Assembly: GCA_027925225.1 (NCBI GenBank) | Contig: AP027131.1 | Location: forward strand, 240,001 to 272,000 | Length of the DNA: 32,000 bases | Direction of reading: 5' to 3' | Origin: Candidatus Saccharimonadota bacterium | GTDB taxonomy: Bacteria; Bacillota_I; Bacilli_A; Mycoplasmatales; Hepatoplasmataceae | In this document: positions 20,265-31,316 of the stretch, in pieces | Position numbering within the stretch: the stretch's first letter is position 1 | Layout: every line of letters starts with the position of its first letter | Notes under the pieces: model-generated | Databases searched by the model: none | What the model saw: the letters and a program-made list of their open reading frames with translations, nothing else | What the model was told of the DNA's origin: nothing | Position numbers and translations under genes: made by a program

Positions 20265-20924
20265 TTAATCAATAAGTAATGATATTTCTTCTTTTCATCT
20301 TTTAAAGTCATCTTTTCCATAAGGCGTTTCTAATGCTTTTGGTAAGTTTATTAATTTTGGGTGAAATACAATTTTCTTTAAAGCTTCAAGTCCTATCTCT
20401 CCTTTTCCAATATTTGCATGTCTATCTTTGTTAGATCCTAATTCATTTTTTGAGTCATTTATATGCATTCCTTTTAAATAATGGAGTCCTATTATTTTGT
20501 CAAATTCATTTAAAACTTCATCAATATTTCTAATATCATATCCTCCATCTCAAATATGACAAGTATCCATTACTACGCCAATTCTTTTTTTGTTTTCCGC
20601 TAAATCTATTATTTCTCTTATTTCATTGAAATTTTTTCCAATATAATTTTCTTTTTTCATCATTGTTTCAATACAAAGTATTACATTACTATTTTTTGTT
20701 TTTTCAATTATTTCATTTGTCCCAAAAGCGCATCTTTTAATTCCCTCTTCTCTTTTTCTAAAAGAAACTGGGTGAAAATTAAAATATTTAAGTCCCATTT
20801 TTTCCATTAATTTCACATCTTCTGTATAAGAATAAACAGTAGCATTAAAAATTTTTAAGTCTTCATCATTATTTGCTTTTTTAATTAATAAAGCATTTGC
20901 TGTATCTATTACATCACTTGCCAT
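20265..20924 (-). pseudogene. Chimeric purB(codons ~93-110)::nfo(codons ~82-284) open reading frame; 5'-truncated endonuclease IV copy
   Basis: Product [33 protein letters not shown]...[12 protein letters not shown]...LLID*. The first 15-17 residues match purB ([20 protein letters not shown]) and the rest matches nfo. It lacks the N-terminal third of Nfo, including the VHAP His. Confidence 0.8.
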
Positions 20925-21188
20925 TAATTTATAATGAATTCATTTTTTTCATCACCTAATTTTTTTGATATTAATCTAGTAAAGGCTACTACATCATGTT
21001 TTGTTATTTTTTCTATTTCTTTTAAATTAATTTTCGCATTTTTTTTAAAATTTCATAGTCCTCAATTAGAATTACTTTTAATTTAACAAAAGAATTAATA
21101 ACTTCTAATTCAACATCTAAGAATTTTTGAAATTTATTTTCTTGAGATCATATTTTTTGCATAACCAAATTAGAATATCTTTTATCAT
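20877..21188 (-). pseudogene. purB 5' fragment (codons 1 to ~110), decayed
   Basis: Aligns to 16188-16511 with 1-nt homopolymer indels (one just after the start codon) and a 9-nt deletion of one ctatttctt repeat unit. The reading frame is broken. Confidence 0.85.
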
Positions 21189-21230
21189 ATAAAAATATTA
21201 TAAGTTACTTTAATATTAATTTAATTATGG

Positions 21231-22700
21231 TTAATTTATTATTGGTATTATTAGATTATCATTTTCATAGTCTGGAGAAAATAAATAATAATATTCATAT
21301 CCAGATTTTGAATCATAATTTAGCATTGATGGAAAAAATAAGCAAAAATCACTAAAAATCATTTTATTTGCATATGTTTGTTCATCTTTATATATTCAAT
21401 AATTTTCATCAGGAAGAACTAAATAATATGTGTAATGTAACATATTATCACTTGTATTTATTATGTCTGAGTTTTGATAATAAAGTCCTGGCATATTGAG
21501 AAGAGAAGAATTTATTTCAGATACTTCTTGTGCTTCGTAAGTTACACTTTTGCTATCTCATTCATTATGTATGCCATAAGAATCTTCTACATTTAATAAA
21601 ATATTTCAATTAAATCCTATTTTAATATGCTTTGTAAATTCTTTATATGATGAATTATTATTTGCATCAATTCTATTTAAATAAATATCAAGTTTAAAAT
21701 AATTAGGATTACCAATTTTTTTATTACTATTTAATGTTATATTTGAAATATTTTTTTCATAAACAATAGGAGGATGAAACACAGTATTAGAAGATGAATT
21801 AACTAATGCATAACTAATTGATTGATAATTTTCATTTAAAATCAAGAATAAAGAATTGTTAACAGATTTGTAACTGTAATTTAAAGGCGGATCAATTTCA
21901 TTTTCAGATAATTTAAATTCTTGTACATATAAACCATCAAATAATTTATCTTCTATTTTTTTTGCTTTGCTTATTGGAGTTAATTTAGTAAAATTTTTTA
22001 ATAATAAATTTTCATTATTTGTATCATAAAGATCATAAAATTCTTCATAATGATAAATTGAAAAAGATGAATAATCAAAAAAATTAAAATTATCTCCGTC
22101 AGAAAAAAGGACTAACATTTTTCCTGCATTTTCTACTTGAACACCTTCAATCTTTGGATAACTTTGATCTCCATTATCATAAACTGTTTCACCTGGTATT
22201 ATTTCATAATCTTGTTCATAGGTTGTACTAACAATTGTTCCATCAATATTATTTATTAATAATGTTGGATTTAAAATATAGTAATATGTTCCACTTTCTA
22301 AATAATTAAAATATGTTGAATAATTATAATAAATGGGCAATTCAACATAAAAAAAAATATTTGAAGACATGGATTTAATTTTAAAGGAATTTTTATCTAC
22401 ATTAAAAGAGACATTATGATATTCGGTATCATTTTCAGACTTAATTTGATAATCAAAAGTTATTGAATTAATTTGAGAAACATCTCCACTATATATACCT
22501 TTTGTTATTAATGAAGTCATAAATATATCTGAATCTACTTTGCCATCGTAAAGCAGTTCATCAATATTAAAATAAGAAGATATAATTTTAAAATCATTAT
22601 TTTCATTAATATTATTTTTCTTAAAATTAATATTTTTAAAAGGTAAATTAATTATTATTAAAAATAATGGCAAAAAAAGAATTATGATTTTTTTTTTCAT
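21231..22700 (-). CDS. Cassette gene A, copy 2: signal-anchored Asn/Tyr-rich secreted or surface protein, 489 aa
   Basis: Track ORF 21606-22700 continues through TGA to TAA 21231-21233. N-terminus MKKKIIILFLPLFLIIINLPF. Conserved blocks shared with A1 include DNGDQSYPKI, YDLYDTNNE, KIGFNWNIL, HNEWD, PGLYYQNSDI and YTYYLVLPDE. Confidence 0.75.
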
Positions 22701-22752
22701 TTTTTTTATATTTATTTCCTTTTTTATATTTATTATTTAAAATTCAAAATTA

Positions 22753-25104
22753 TTATAAAATACTTTTTCTGTATTTAATATACTTAATTAAAAAATATAT
22801 AAATGTAAATATATATATAAGTAAAATTGATAAAGATAAAACAATTATTAACATTTTATTTTTTGTTTTTATTGAAACATTTTTATAATCTTGTGGATAG
22901 ATAGAATTATAAAAATATGAAAAATTTCAATCATATTTATAATCACTGCTTAATTCATCTGATATATAAATATTAAAATCTTCATATCTAGTATTATTTT
23001 TTAAATTAATTAAAGTATATTCATATTGATTTTCATAAATTTTTGAATTACTTATTAAATTTTTTTCTATTAAAGTGTTATATTCATTGTTATTTGAATC
23101 TTTATATGTAATTTTTAAATTATTAGCTTGAATTTTTGAAATATCAGAATATGTTATTTCAAATGTAATAGAATCATTTTTTATTTTTTCAATTTTTATA
23201 TTATTTATATTCGAACTATAAAAACTAGTTAAATATATTTTTTTAGATAAAAAGTATATTTCATCATATTTTTCATTTGATTTATTTAATGAAAAATTCA
23301 TATTTACATATATATTATTTTCTTGAAAAGTTGGTATTTCATAAAGAACTTCTATATTATTTTTATAATTTATAAAATTTATTTCAGAATAATATAATAT
23401 TTCTGAATATTTTTTAAATTTATTATTTTCATTATTGTATAAAGAATAATTAAAATTAATTTTTTTAATTAAATTTAAATTTCCATTTTTTGTATTATTT
23501 CAAATTTTATTAGAGTGATAAAAAGAATCTAAATAATATTTATTTCCTTTTTTTATAATTTTTGAATCAACAACATAAATGTTTAATTTATTTGATGAAA
23601 CTTCTTTTAATTGCAAGGTTTTAAAAATATATTTATAACCAGTAGTGTTTACATAATTATTATTATCATAATTTTTAGTAAAAGAATTATTTAAAAAATC
23701 ATATTCAAAATATCCGCTATTTATAAAAACAAAAGAAGATAGCTCGCCAATCTCATCAAATGTTATTTCATATTTATAAATATCAAAACTTTTTATATAA
23801 AATGGATTTTTTAAAAAAATATATTCACTTTTATCATTATCTTTATAGTATAAAACAAGATCATTTGCTAATTGATAGTTTATATTTTTATCATATTTTA
23901 TATATATATAAAAAGAATTTGCATAATATTCATTTTCCTTATAATAAATACTTTTTATATTTGGAGGATATATGGGTGTTATTATTTTATAGTTATCAAC
24001 TCACTCATTTATAAAAATTTCATTAGAATTATAAAAAAAGGAAAAATTATAATAAATTATTCCTTCTTCTTTTGAAAAATTATTTATATAAATAGTTGCA
24101 TTATATCAATTGCTATTTCCATATTTATAATAATCATTATTGTATTTAAAATTTAATTTATAATTATTAACATTTTTATTATTATCATAAGATTTGTAAT
24201 CTGCATAAATTTTTAAATTACTTAAAAATTCTTCAATTTTTATTTTTTTAGGAAGCAAAATATTTAAATTAATTTCAATAATATTATTATTCTGAAAAAA
24301 AAAATTATTTATTATAATTTTTGGATTATTTAAATAAAAATTATTTTCATAGCTTAGATTAAAACTATTAATACTTTTTTCAAAAGATAAAAAATAAAAA
24401 GAAATATTTTTTTCTATATTTGTTTGAATGGAAATATTTAAAAAACTATCTTCATCTAAATAATAATGTTGTGAAATTTTATTGGCCTTAATATTGTTTA
24501 ATTTGTATTTAAATATAAAAAAATGATTATTAATATAAGAATTTAAATAATTGTTATTTGTATTAATATCAATTTTTATAATTTCAATATTTTTTATTTT
24601 ATTTATATTTTCTGGGGTAATAATTCTATGTATTTTAATTTTATTTTTATTATTTTCTTTAGAAATTAAACAATAATTAATATTAATTAAAAAATCAATA
24701 ATTCCTTCTTTTTTTATTAAGTTTAAATCTTGATTTAAATAAACAAACATATAAGATGTTAGTGAATATATATCTTCAAATTTTTCATTAGATTCATAAG
24801 AAGCATAGTAATTTCAAAGAACTAAATCTGGGTTATCATTTAATCATTTTTTAATTTGAGAATAATTCATATTCTCAACACCCTTATTTATTATATTTTC
24901 TTTATTTTCTTTAATTTTTTCTATCTGAATTTTATGGTTAAATATAAAGGCATTTTTTACCTGTTCTCCCATATCAATATTTTGTTCTGTATCAACATTA
25001 TTTCTATTTTGATTATTAACAACATAACCTATAAAAGGAATACTTGAAAATGTAATAAAAAATATTAAAGAAATAAAAAGAAAAGGAGTAAAAAATTTTC
25101 TCAT
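22753..25104 (-). CDS. Cassette gene B, copy 2 (intact): 783-aa surface protein with an N-terminal signal/anchor helix and a C-terminal TM anchor; the membrane-proximal domain looks FN3/Ig-like
   Basis: Track ORFs 24844-25104, 24106-24750 and 22927-23301 are one frame. I checked every codon in 23302-24105, 24751-24843 and 22753-22926 and found only TGA. N-terminus MRKFFTPFLFISLIFFITFSSIPFIGY. C-terminus MLIIVLSLSILLYYIFTFIYFLIKYIKYRKSIL*. Confidence 0.75.
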
Positions 25105-25222
25105 TGTTACTTAACACCACCCAAATTTGTATATTTTTTTTGTTATTGTTTTATATTTAATTAAATCTCTAAGTACATTATTTATAGCAAAATTATTTTA
25201 TTAAAATATTAAAAAATTTAAA

Positions 25223-26077
25223 TTAATCAATAAGTAGTGATATTTCTTCTTTTCATCTTTTAAAGTCATCTTTTCCATAAGGTGTTTCTAATGCTTTTGG
25301 TAAGTTTATTAATTTTGGATGAAATACAATTTTCTTTAAAGCTTCAAGTCCTATCTCTCCTTTTCCAATATTTGCATGTCTATCTTTGTTAGATCCTAAT
25401 TCATTTTTTGAGTCATTTATATGCATTCCTTTTAAATAATGGAGTCCTATTATTTTGTCAAATTCATTTAAAACTTCATCAATATTTCTAATATCATATC
25501 CTCCATCTCAAATATGACAAGTATCCATTACTACGCCAATTCTTTTTTTATTTTCCACTAAATCTATTATTTCTCTTATTTCATTGAAATTTTTTCCAAT
25601 ATAATTTCCTTTTTTCATCATTGTTTCAATACAAAGTATTACATTACTATTTTTTGTTTTTTCAATTATTTTATTTATCCCAAAAGCACATCTTTTAATT
25701 CCTTCTTCTCTTTTTCTAAAAGAGCCTGGATGAAAATTAAAATATTTAAGACCCATTTTTTCCATTAATTTCACATCTTCTGTATAAGAATAAACAGTAG
25801 CATTAAAAATTTTTAAGTCTTCATCATTATTTGCCAAATTTCCAATTAAAGGTGCATGAACAATAATATTTTTAATATTAAAATTTATTTTTTTTGCAAA
25901 TTCCTTTGCTTCTTTTAGATTATCTTCATCTAAAATTAATGTTTTTTTATAAGCTCTTGAATTTGAAATATACATCGCACCAGATGTTGCTTCTATTTCA
26001 TTTAAGTCATGTAAAGTACCTAATAATTGTGTTTTTTGTTTAAAGGATACATGAGCACCAATTAAAGGTTTTTTCAT
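25223..26077 (-). CDS. nfo: Endonuclease IV (AP endonuclease), 284 aa
   Basis: [41 protein letters not shown] and [26 protein letters not shown] motifs. Joined through TGA at 25508. TAA at 25223-25225. Confidence 0.9.
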
Positions 26078-26085
26078 TTTTATTC

Positions 26086-28773
26086 CTATTCTTCTTTTTC
26101 TTTATAATTTTGTTCTTTTATTATTTCAATGTAATAAGGGGTTTCTTTTATTACATTAGAGCATCTTTCACAAATATCATCAATCATTTCTTCTTGTGAA
26201 TAATATTTTCAACATCTTTCACAACGTATTCCATTATATTTTTTTATAGAAATTTCTAAAGTATCTTTTTCATTAGTGAAAAAAAGATTTATTTTTCCCA
26301 CTAGTAAAAGATCTTTTAAATTTTCATTTGCTAAAATTTGATATTTCTCTCCAAGTGTAATATTTACTTCTGCTTCAAAAGATCTATTTAATATTTTTTT
26401 TACTCTTAGTTCTTCTATTTTTTTATTTAATTCTTCTCTTATTTTATTAAATATTTCTCAATTATTATTTTCTTTAAAATCAAATAATTCTTTTTTTGCT
26501 AAAAATATACTTTCGTTATTTTCTTTTAAATGATAGTTTTCATAAGCATCTTCTATTGTGACAGGCAATATTGGAGAAAGCGCATAAATTAGTATTTTAA
26601 AAGCATAATTTAAAATTGTTTGTGCTTCTCTTCTAAGAGAAGAATTTTTTCTTTCGATATATATTACATCTTTTACATATTCAAAATAATAAGCAAGTGA
26701 TTCAGAAGTAACTTCATTTACAATTCTTTTTAAAATATTTGAAAATTTATAATTTTTATAATTTTCTTCTATTTCATTTTGTAGTTTAATTAAATTACTT
26801 AACATCATTTTTCCTAAAAAACTATATTCTTCTTTATAAACTTTTTTTAAATCACTAATATTCCCTAAAATATATTTCAATGAATTTCTAATTTTTTTAT
26901 ATGCTTTTATATTATTTTCAACTATTTCTTTTGAAAATTTTAAATTTGAAAAATAATCAGAATTAGCAACTCAAAATCTTAAAATATCAGAACCATATCT
27001 TTCAATAAATTCAATTGGATTTATTACATTTCCTAATGATTTAGACATTTTATTTCCATTTTCATCTACAGTAAAACCATGTGTAATTACTTTTTTATAA
27101 GGAGCTTTATTTTCTAAAATAGTTTTTGTTATTAAAGAAGAATTAAATCAACCACGATATTGATCGTTTCCTTCTAAATAAATGTCTGCCATTTTTCCTT
27201 TTAATACACTTAAATGACTTGACCCAGAATCAAATCAAACATCTAGAATATCTGTTTCTTTTTTAAATTTTTCATTAAATTTAATTTCTTTAGGTAATAA
27301 ATCTTTTATATTAGCATCTCTTCAACCAATAATTCCTTTTTCGTTAAAAAGATTTTCAATATTTTCTTGTAATTTTTTGTTTACAATTGGTTTGCTTTTT
27401 TCGTCATAAATTATTGGAATTGGCACCCCTCAAATTCTTTGTCTTGAAATACATCAATCATCACGATTTATTACCATTTCTTTTATTTTATTTTTTCCTC
27501 AAGAAGGTATTCATGTTACTTTTTCAATATTATTTAATAAATCATTTTTTATTTTTTCTATTGAAACAAATCATTGTTTTGTTGCTCTATAAATAATTGG
27601 TAGTTTTGTTCTTCAATCAATCGGGATAGAGTGAGTAATTTCTTCTGAAAATAATAGTGCGCCTTTTTTTGTTAAATCATTAAGAATTATATTGTTTGCT
27701 TTTTTATAAAAAATTCCATCGTATTCTTTTGAGTTAATCATATTTCCATCATCATCTGTTACAACAAAAAGTCTTAAATTATTTTCCTTTGTAACAAGAT
27801 AATCATCCATTCCATGGCCGCCTGCAGTATGAACAATTCCTGTTCCGCTTTCAGTTGTTACATGATCTCCATATATTAATCTACTTAAATCTTTATTTAA
27901 TGGATTAATTGCATCTTTTCCAATATTTTTTTCTAAATTAAAATCTTCCAATATTTTTATTTTTTTATTTATCTTTTTTTCTAATTTTAAAATTAATTCT
28001 TCTGCAATTACATATTTTTTATTTTCAATTTCTGTAATTTTATATTTTATATTTTTATTAAATGCCAATGCAACATTTCCAGGTAATGTTCAAGGTGTAG
28101 TTGTTCAAATTAGAATATTTAAAGAATTATTAAATTTAAACGCAACATAACAAGAATCATCTTTTGATTTTTTATATTCAATTTCCGCTTCTGCTAAAGC
28201 AGTTTTTGAAGAATAAGATCAATATATTGGTTTTAAACTTTGATAAATTAATTTATCGTTTAGCATTTTATGGAAAATTTTTATTTCATTTGCAATGTAA
28301 TCATTTTTTAAGGTAAGATATTTATTTTCAAAATCAAATAAAAGATTTAATTTTTTAAATTGCTTTTCTTGTCTCTCAACTTGCTTTAGTGCATAGCTAT
28401 AACATTTTTTTAAATATATTTCCTTTTCGGTATTTTTTAAATTAATTCCACTTTTTTGAATTTCAGTTTCAATTGGTAATCCAAAAGTATCTCAACCAGG
28501 AATTGCATTTAATTTTGAACCATTTAATATCTCTCTTCTTATTATTATGTCTTTTAAAATTTTGTTTAATGCATGCCCCAAATGAATATCTCCATTTGCA
28601 TAAGGCGGACCGTCATGTAGAATAAACTCATAACCATCCCTATTTTTTAATTTATTAATTAAATCTATTTCAATATTTTTTTTAAAAAAATATTGATCTT
28701 TTTTAAAAAGATCACCTTTCATTTCAAAATTAGTTTTTGGCATTAACAAAGTCTTTTTATAATTTATTTTCAT
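26086..28773 (-). CDS. ileS: Isoleucine--tRNA ligase, 895 aa
   Basis: HIGH-type motif [25 protein letters not shown] (W encoded by TGA), KMSKS ([10 protein letters not shown]) and a C-terminal Cys-rich zinc-finger tail. All track fragments (28492-28773, 27613-28068, 26458-26880) are in one frame. Stop TAG at 26086-26088, 8 nt before the nfo start. Confidence 0.95.
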
Positions 28774-29055
28774 TTTTTATTTTAAAAAAAGTATACAAGA
28801 ATAATATTCTATTTTAATTAAACATTAGAAATTTTGATTTATTTTCTTTATTTTTTTAAAATTAAAAGAAATCAATATAATTCAATCGCAACAAATTAGA
28901 AATATTATATTTATTTAATATATATTAATAATTTAAAGCAAATTGTAATATATTTTTTTTGAGGGTAATTAATCCTTTTATTAAGTAATATAAACACTTT
29001 ATTACATAAATTTTTATTTTAAAAATATAAATACTATTGGAAAAGAGTCAAAATT

Positions 29056-29790
29056 ATGGATATATCATTAGGCACAATATTTTTATCAGAAATGTTGGGA
29101 ACATTTTTCTTGATTTTAATAGGTTGTGGTGTTAACGCAAGTGTTAATCTTAAAAAAACCCATTCAAGTAATTCGGGTTGAATTGTAATTTGTTTTGGTT
29201 GAGCAATGGGAGTATTTGCCGGAGCATCTGTTGCTTTTGCTTCTGGGGGACATTTAAATCCTGCTGTTACTTTAGCAATGTGAGTAGAACAAACAATTGA
29301 TGTTGGTCAAGCATTTATGTACTTTTTAGCAGAGCTTGTTGGAGCATTTCTTGGAGCTTTACTTGTTGCATTTTTATTTTGAGGACATTTTAAAGCAACA
29401 GAGGAAAAAGAAAAAGTTGCAGGAACTTTTTATACATCTCCTGCAATTAGAAATTGACCTCGTAATTTAGCAACTGAATTTTTTGCTACATCAGTTCTTA
29501 TTTTACCAATATTAGTTTCTGGTAATACTGATATAACACCAGGCTTTACAATGTATGGTCCATTATTTGCTGCATTGTTAGTACTTGGAATTGGATTAAC
29601 TTTAGGTGGACTTACTGGATATGCAATAAATCCAGCAAGAGATTTAATGCCTAGATTAGTACATACTGTTGTTGCGCTTCCTAATAAAGGAGGAAGTAAT
29701 TGAGATTATGCATGAGTTCCAACTCTAGGGCCATTAATGGGTTCACTTTTTGCAGTTGGAATGTATGAATTAATTTTAGTTACACTTTAA
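29056..29790 (+). CDS. glpF: Glycerol uptake facilitator (aquaglyceroporin), 244 aa
   Basis: Two NPA boxes (HLNPAVT and INPARD) and six hydrophobic segments. Several in-frame TGA explain its absence from the ORF track. Confidence 0.9.
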
Positions 29791-29808
29791 TTAAGGAAAG
29801 AAGAAGGA

Positions 29809-31305
29809 ATGAAAAAAAAATACATATTATCATTAGACTCTGGGACAACATCTACAAGAGCAGTAATTATTGATGAAAAAACAAATGTTGTTTCGATAGG
29901 TCAAAATGAATTTGCTCAATATTTTCCAAATCCTGGATGAGTTGAACATGATGCAAATGAGATTTATGCAAATCAAATTTCTGTTGTAATTCAAGCAATT
30001 CAGAAAAAGGAAATTGATATTAAAGATATTAAGGGAATTGGAATTACAAATCAAAGAGAAACAGTTTTAATTTGAGATAAAAAAACTGGAATTCCTGTTT
30101 ATCATGCAATTGTTTGACAAGATAAAAGAACTGCAGATTATTGTGAAAAATTATCTAAAGATGAAAAAATATTAAAAATGGTTAAAGAAAAAACAGGCTT
30201 AGTTTTAGATCCCTATTTTTCAGGAACCAAAATTAAATGACTTTTAGATAATGTAAAAGGTTTAAGAGAAAGAGCAAGAAGAGGTGAAGTTTTTGCTGGG
30301 ACAATTGATACTTGATTAGTTTGAAAATTAACAAAGGGAAATTCTTTTTATACTGATTATACAAATGCTTCAAGAACTTTACTTTTTAATATTATTGATT
30401 TAAAGTGAGATGATGAATTATTAAAACTTTTTGATATTCCAAAGGAAATTTTACCTGAAGTAAAAAATTCTGCTGATAATTATGGAATAACAGAAGTTGA
30501 TGCATTTAAAGGAATTCCAATTTTATCAGTAATTGGAGATCAACAATCTTCACTTTTTGGACACAGGTCAAAAATAGGAGAAATGAAAGCAACTTATGGA
30601 ACTGGGGCTTTCTTGATGTTAAATACTGGAGAAAAAGTTGTTTATTCAAAGAGTGGACTACTTACAACAATAGCATTAGGTTTAAATGGGAAAATTACAT
30701 ATGCATTAGAAGGATCGATTTATATAGCCGGGAATGCTTTAAAATGAATTAAAGATGAACTTCATCTTATTCAAGAATATGAACAAATTGATTATTATTT
30801 AAAAGATGAATTTGATACAAAAGGAGTAAGTGTTGTTCCTTACTTTGTTGGAGTTGGATCTCCATATTGGAATACAAAAGCAAGAGGTATTATTACTGGT
30901 ATTACAAGAGGAGTGAACAGAGGAGATATTATTAGAGCCACTGCTGTTTCTATACCTTTACAAACTTATGATATTTTTAGAGCTTTTGAAAAAGATTATA
31001 ATAAAAAAATATTAAAAATGTCAATAGATGGAGGAGTATCTAATTCAATCAATTTAATGCAATTACAAGCAAATATTTTAAATGTAAAATTATATAATCC
31101 AAAATCTAGTGAAACTACAGCATTGGGTGCTGCATTTCTTGCTGGTCTTAAAGCTAAAATTTGAGATAATCAAGCACATTTGGATAAAATAATTACTTAT
31201 GAAAAAATATATGAACCAAAATTTGATGAAAAATTAAATGAAAAAATTATTGAAAATTGAAATTCTTCAGTTGAATTAGCACTAAAATGAAATAAAAATA
31301 ATTAA
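29809..31305 (+). CDS. glpK: Glycerol kinase, 498 aa
   Basis: [46 protein letters not shown] and [13 protein letters not shown] motifs. An aaggaaagaagaagga RBS region precedes ATG 29809. TAA at 31303-31305. Confidence 0.95.
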
Positions 31306-31316
31306 AGGATTACTAT

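Larger units (their letters stand above)
16188..20876. repeat. Segmental duplication unit 1 (4689 bp): purB 5' end, A1, B1, intergenic region, nfo 3' portion
   Basis: Colinear with 20877-25834. It is bounded by the 11-mer tcattatttgc at 16177-16187 and 20866-20876. Confidence 0.85.
20877..25834. repeat. Segmental duplication unit 2 (4958 bp): purB 5' fragment, A2, B2, intergenic region, nfo 3' portion
   Basis: Colinear with 16188-20876 and ends at the 11-mer tcattatttgc (25824-25834) inside intact nfo. Confidence 0.85.

Noticed and set aside
16548-25104. Identification of the A/B pairs as the MIB-MIP immunoglobulin-binding/protease system
   Set aside because: Only the layout is similar (paired, N-terminally anchored, tandemly amplified). 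I see no DUF31-type serine-protease motif such as a GSSG-like active-site block or a His/Asp/Ser triad context in gene A. I also see no resemblance to protein-M-like sequences in gene B.
16177-25834. Duplication mediated by an IS element, an integrase or a phage
   Set aside because: The units contain no transposase, recombinase or terminal inverted repeats. The joint is explained by an 11-nt microhomology shared by purB and nfo.
28774-29055. T-box leader or riboswitch upstream of ileS, or regulatory RNA upstream of glpF
   Set aside because: The 282-bp divergent intergenic region shows no T-box consensus, no specifier-loop or antiterminator arrangement and no stable GC-containing stems. It looks like plain AT-rich promoter DNA.
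2366-29833. Track ORFs antisense to strong genes: 2366-2560(+), 5221-5493(+), 5845-6036(+), 8150-8401(+), 10886-11098(-), 12425-12619(+), 12827-13111(+), 13588-13779(+), 17370-17579(+), 23760-24014(+), 23872-24075(+), 24856-25047(+), 27387-27596(+), 29833-30054(-)
   Set aside because: Each lies entirely inside, and opposite to, a conserved or long table-4 gene. Their products are low-complexity Phe/Ile/Leu/Lys strings, typical of shadow ORFs in AT-rich DNA.
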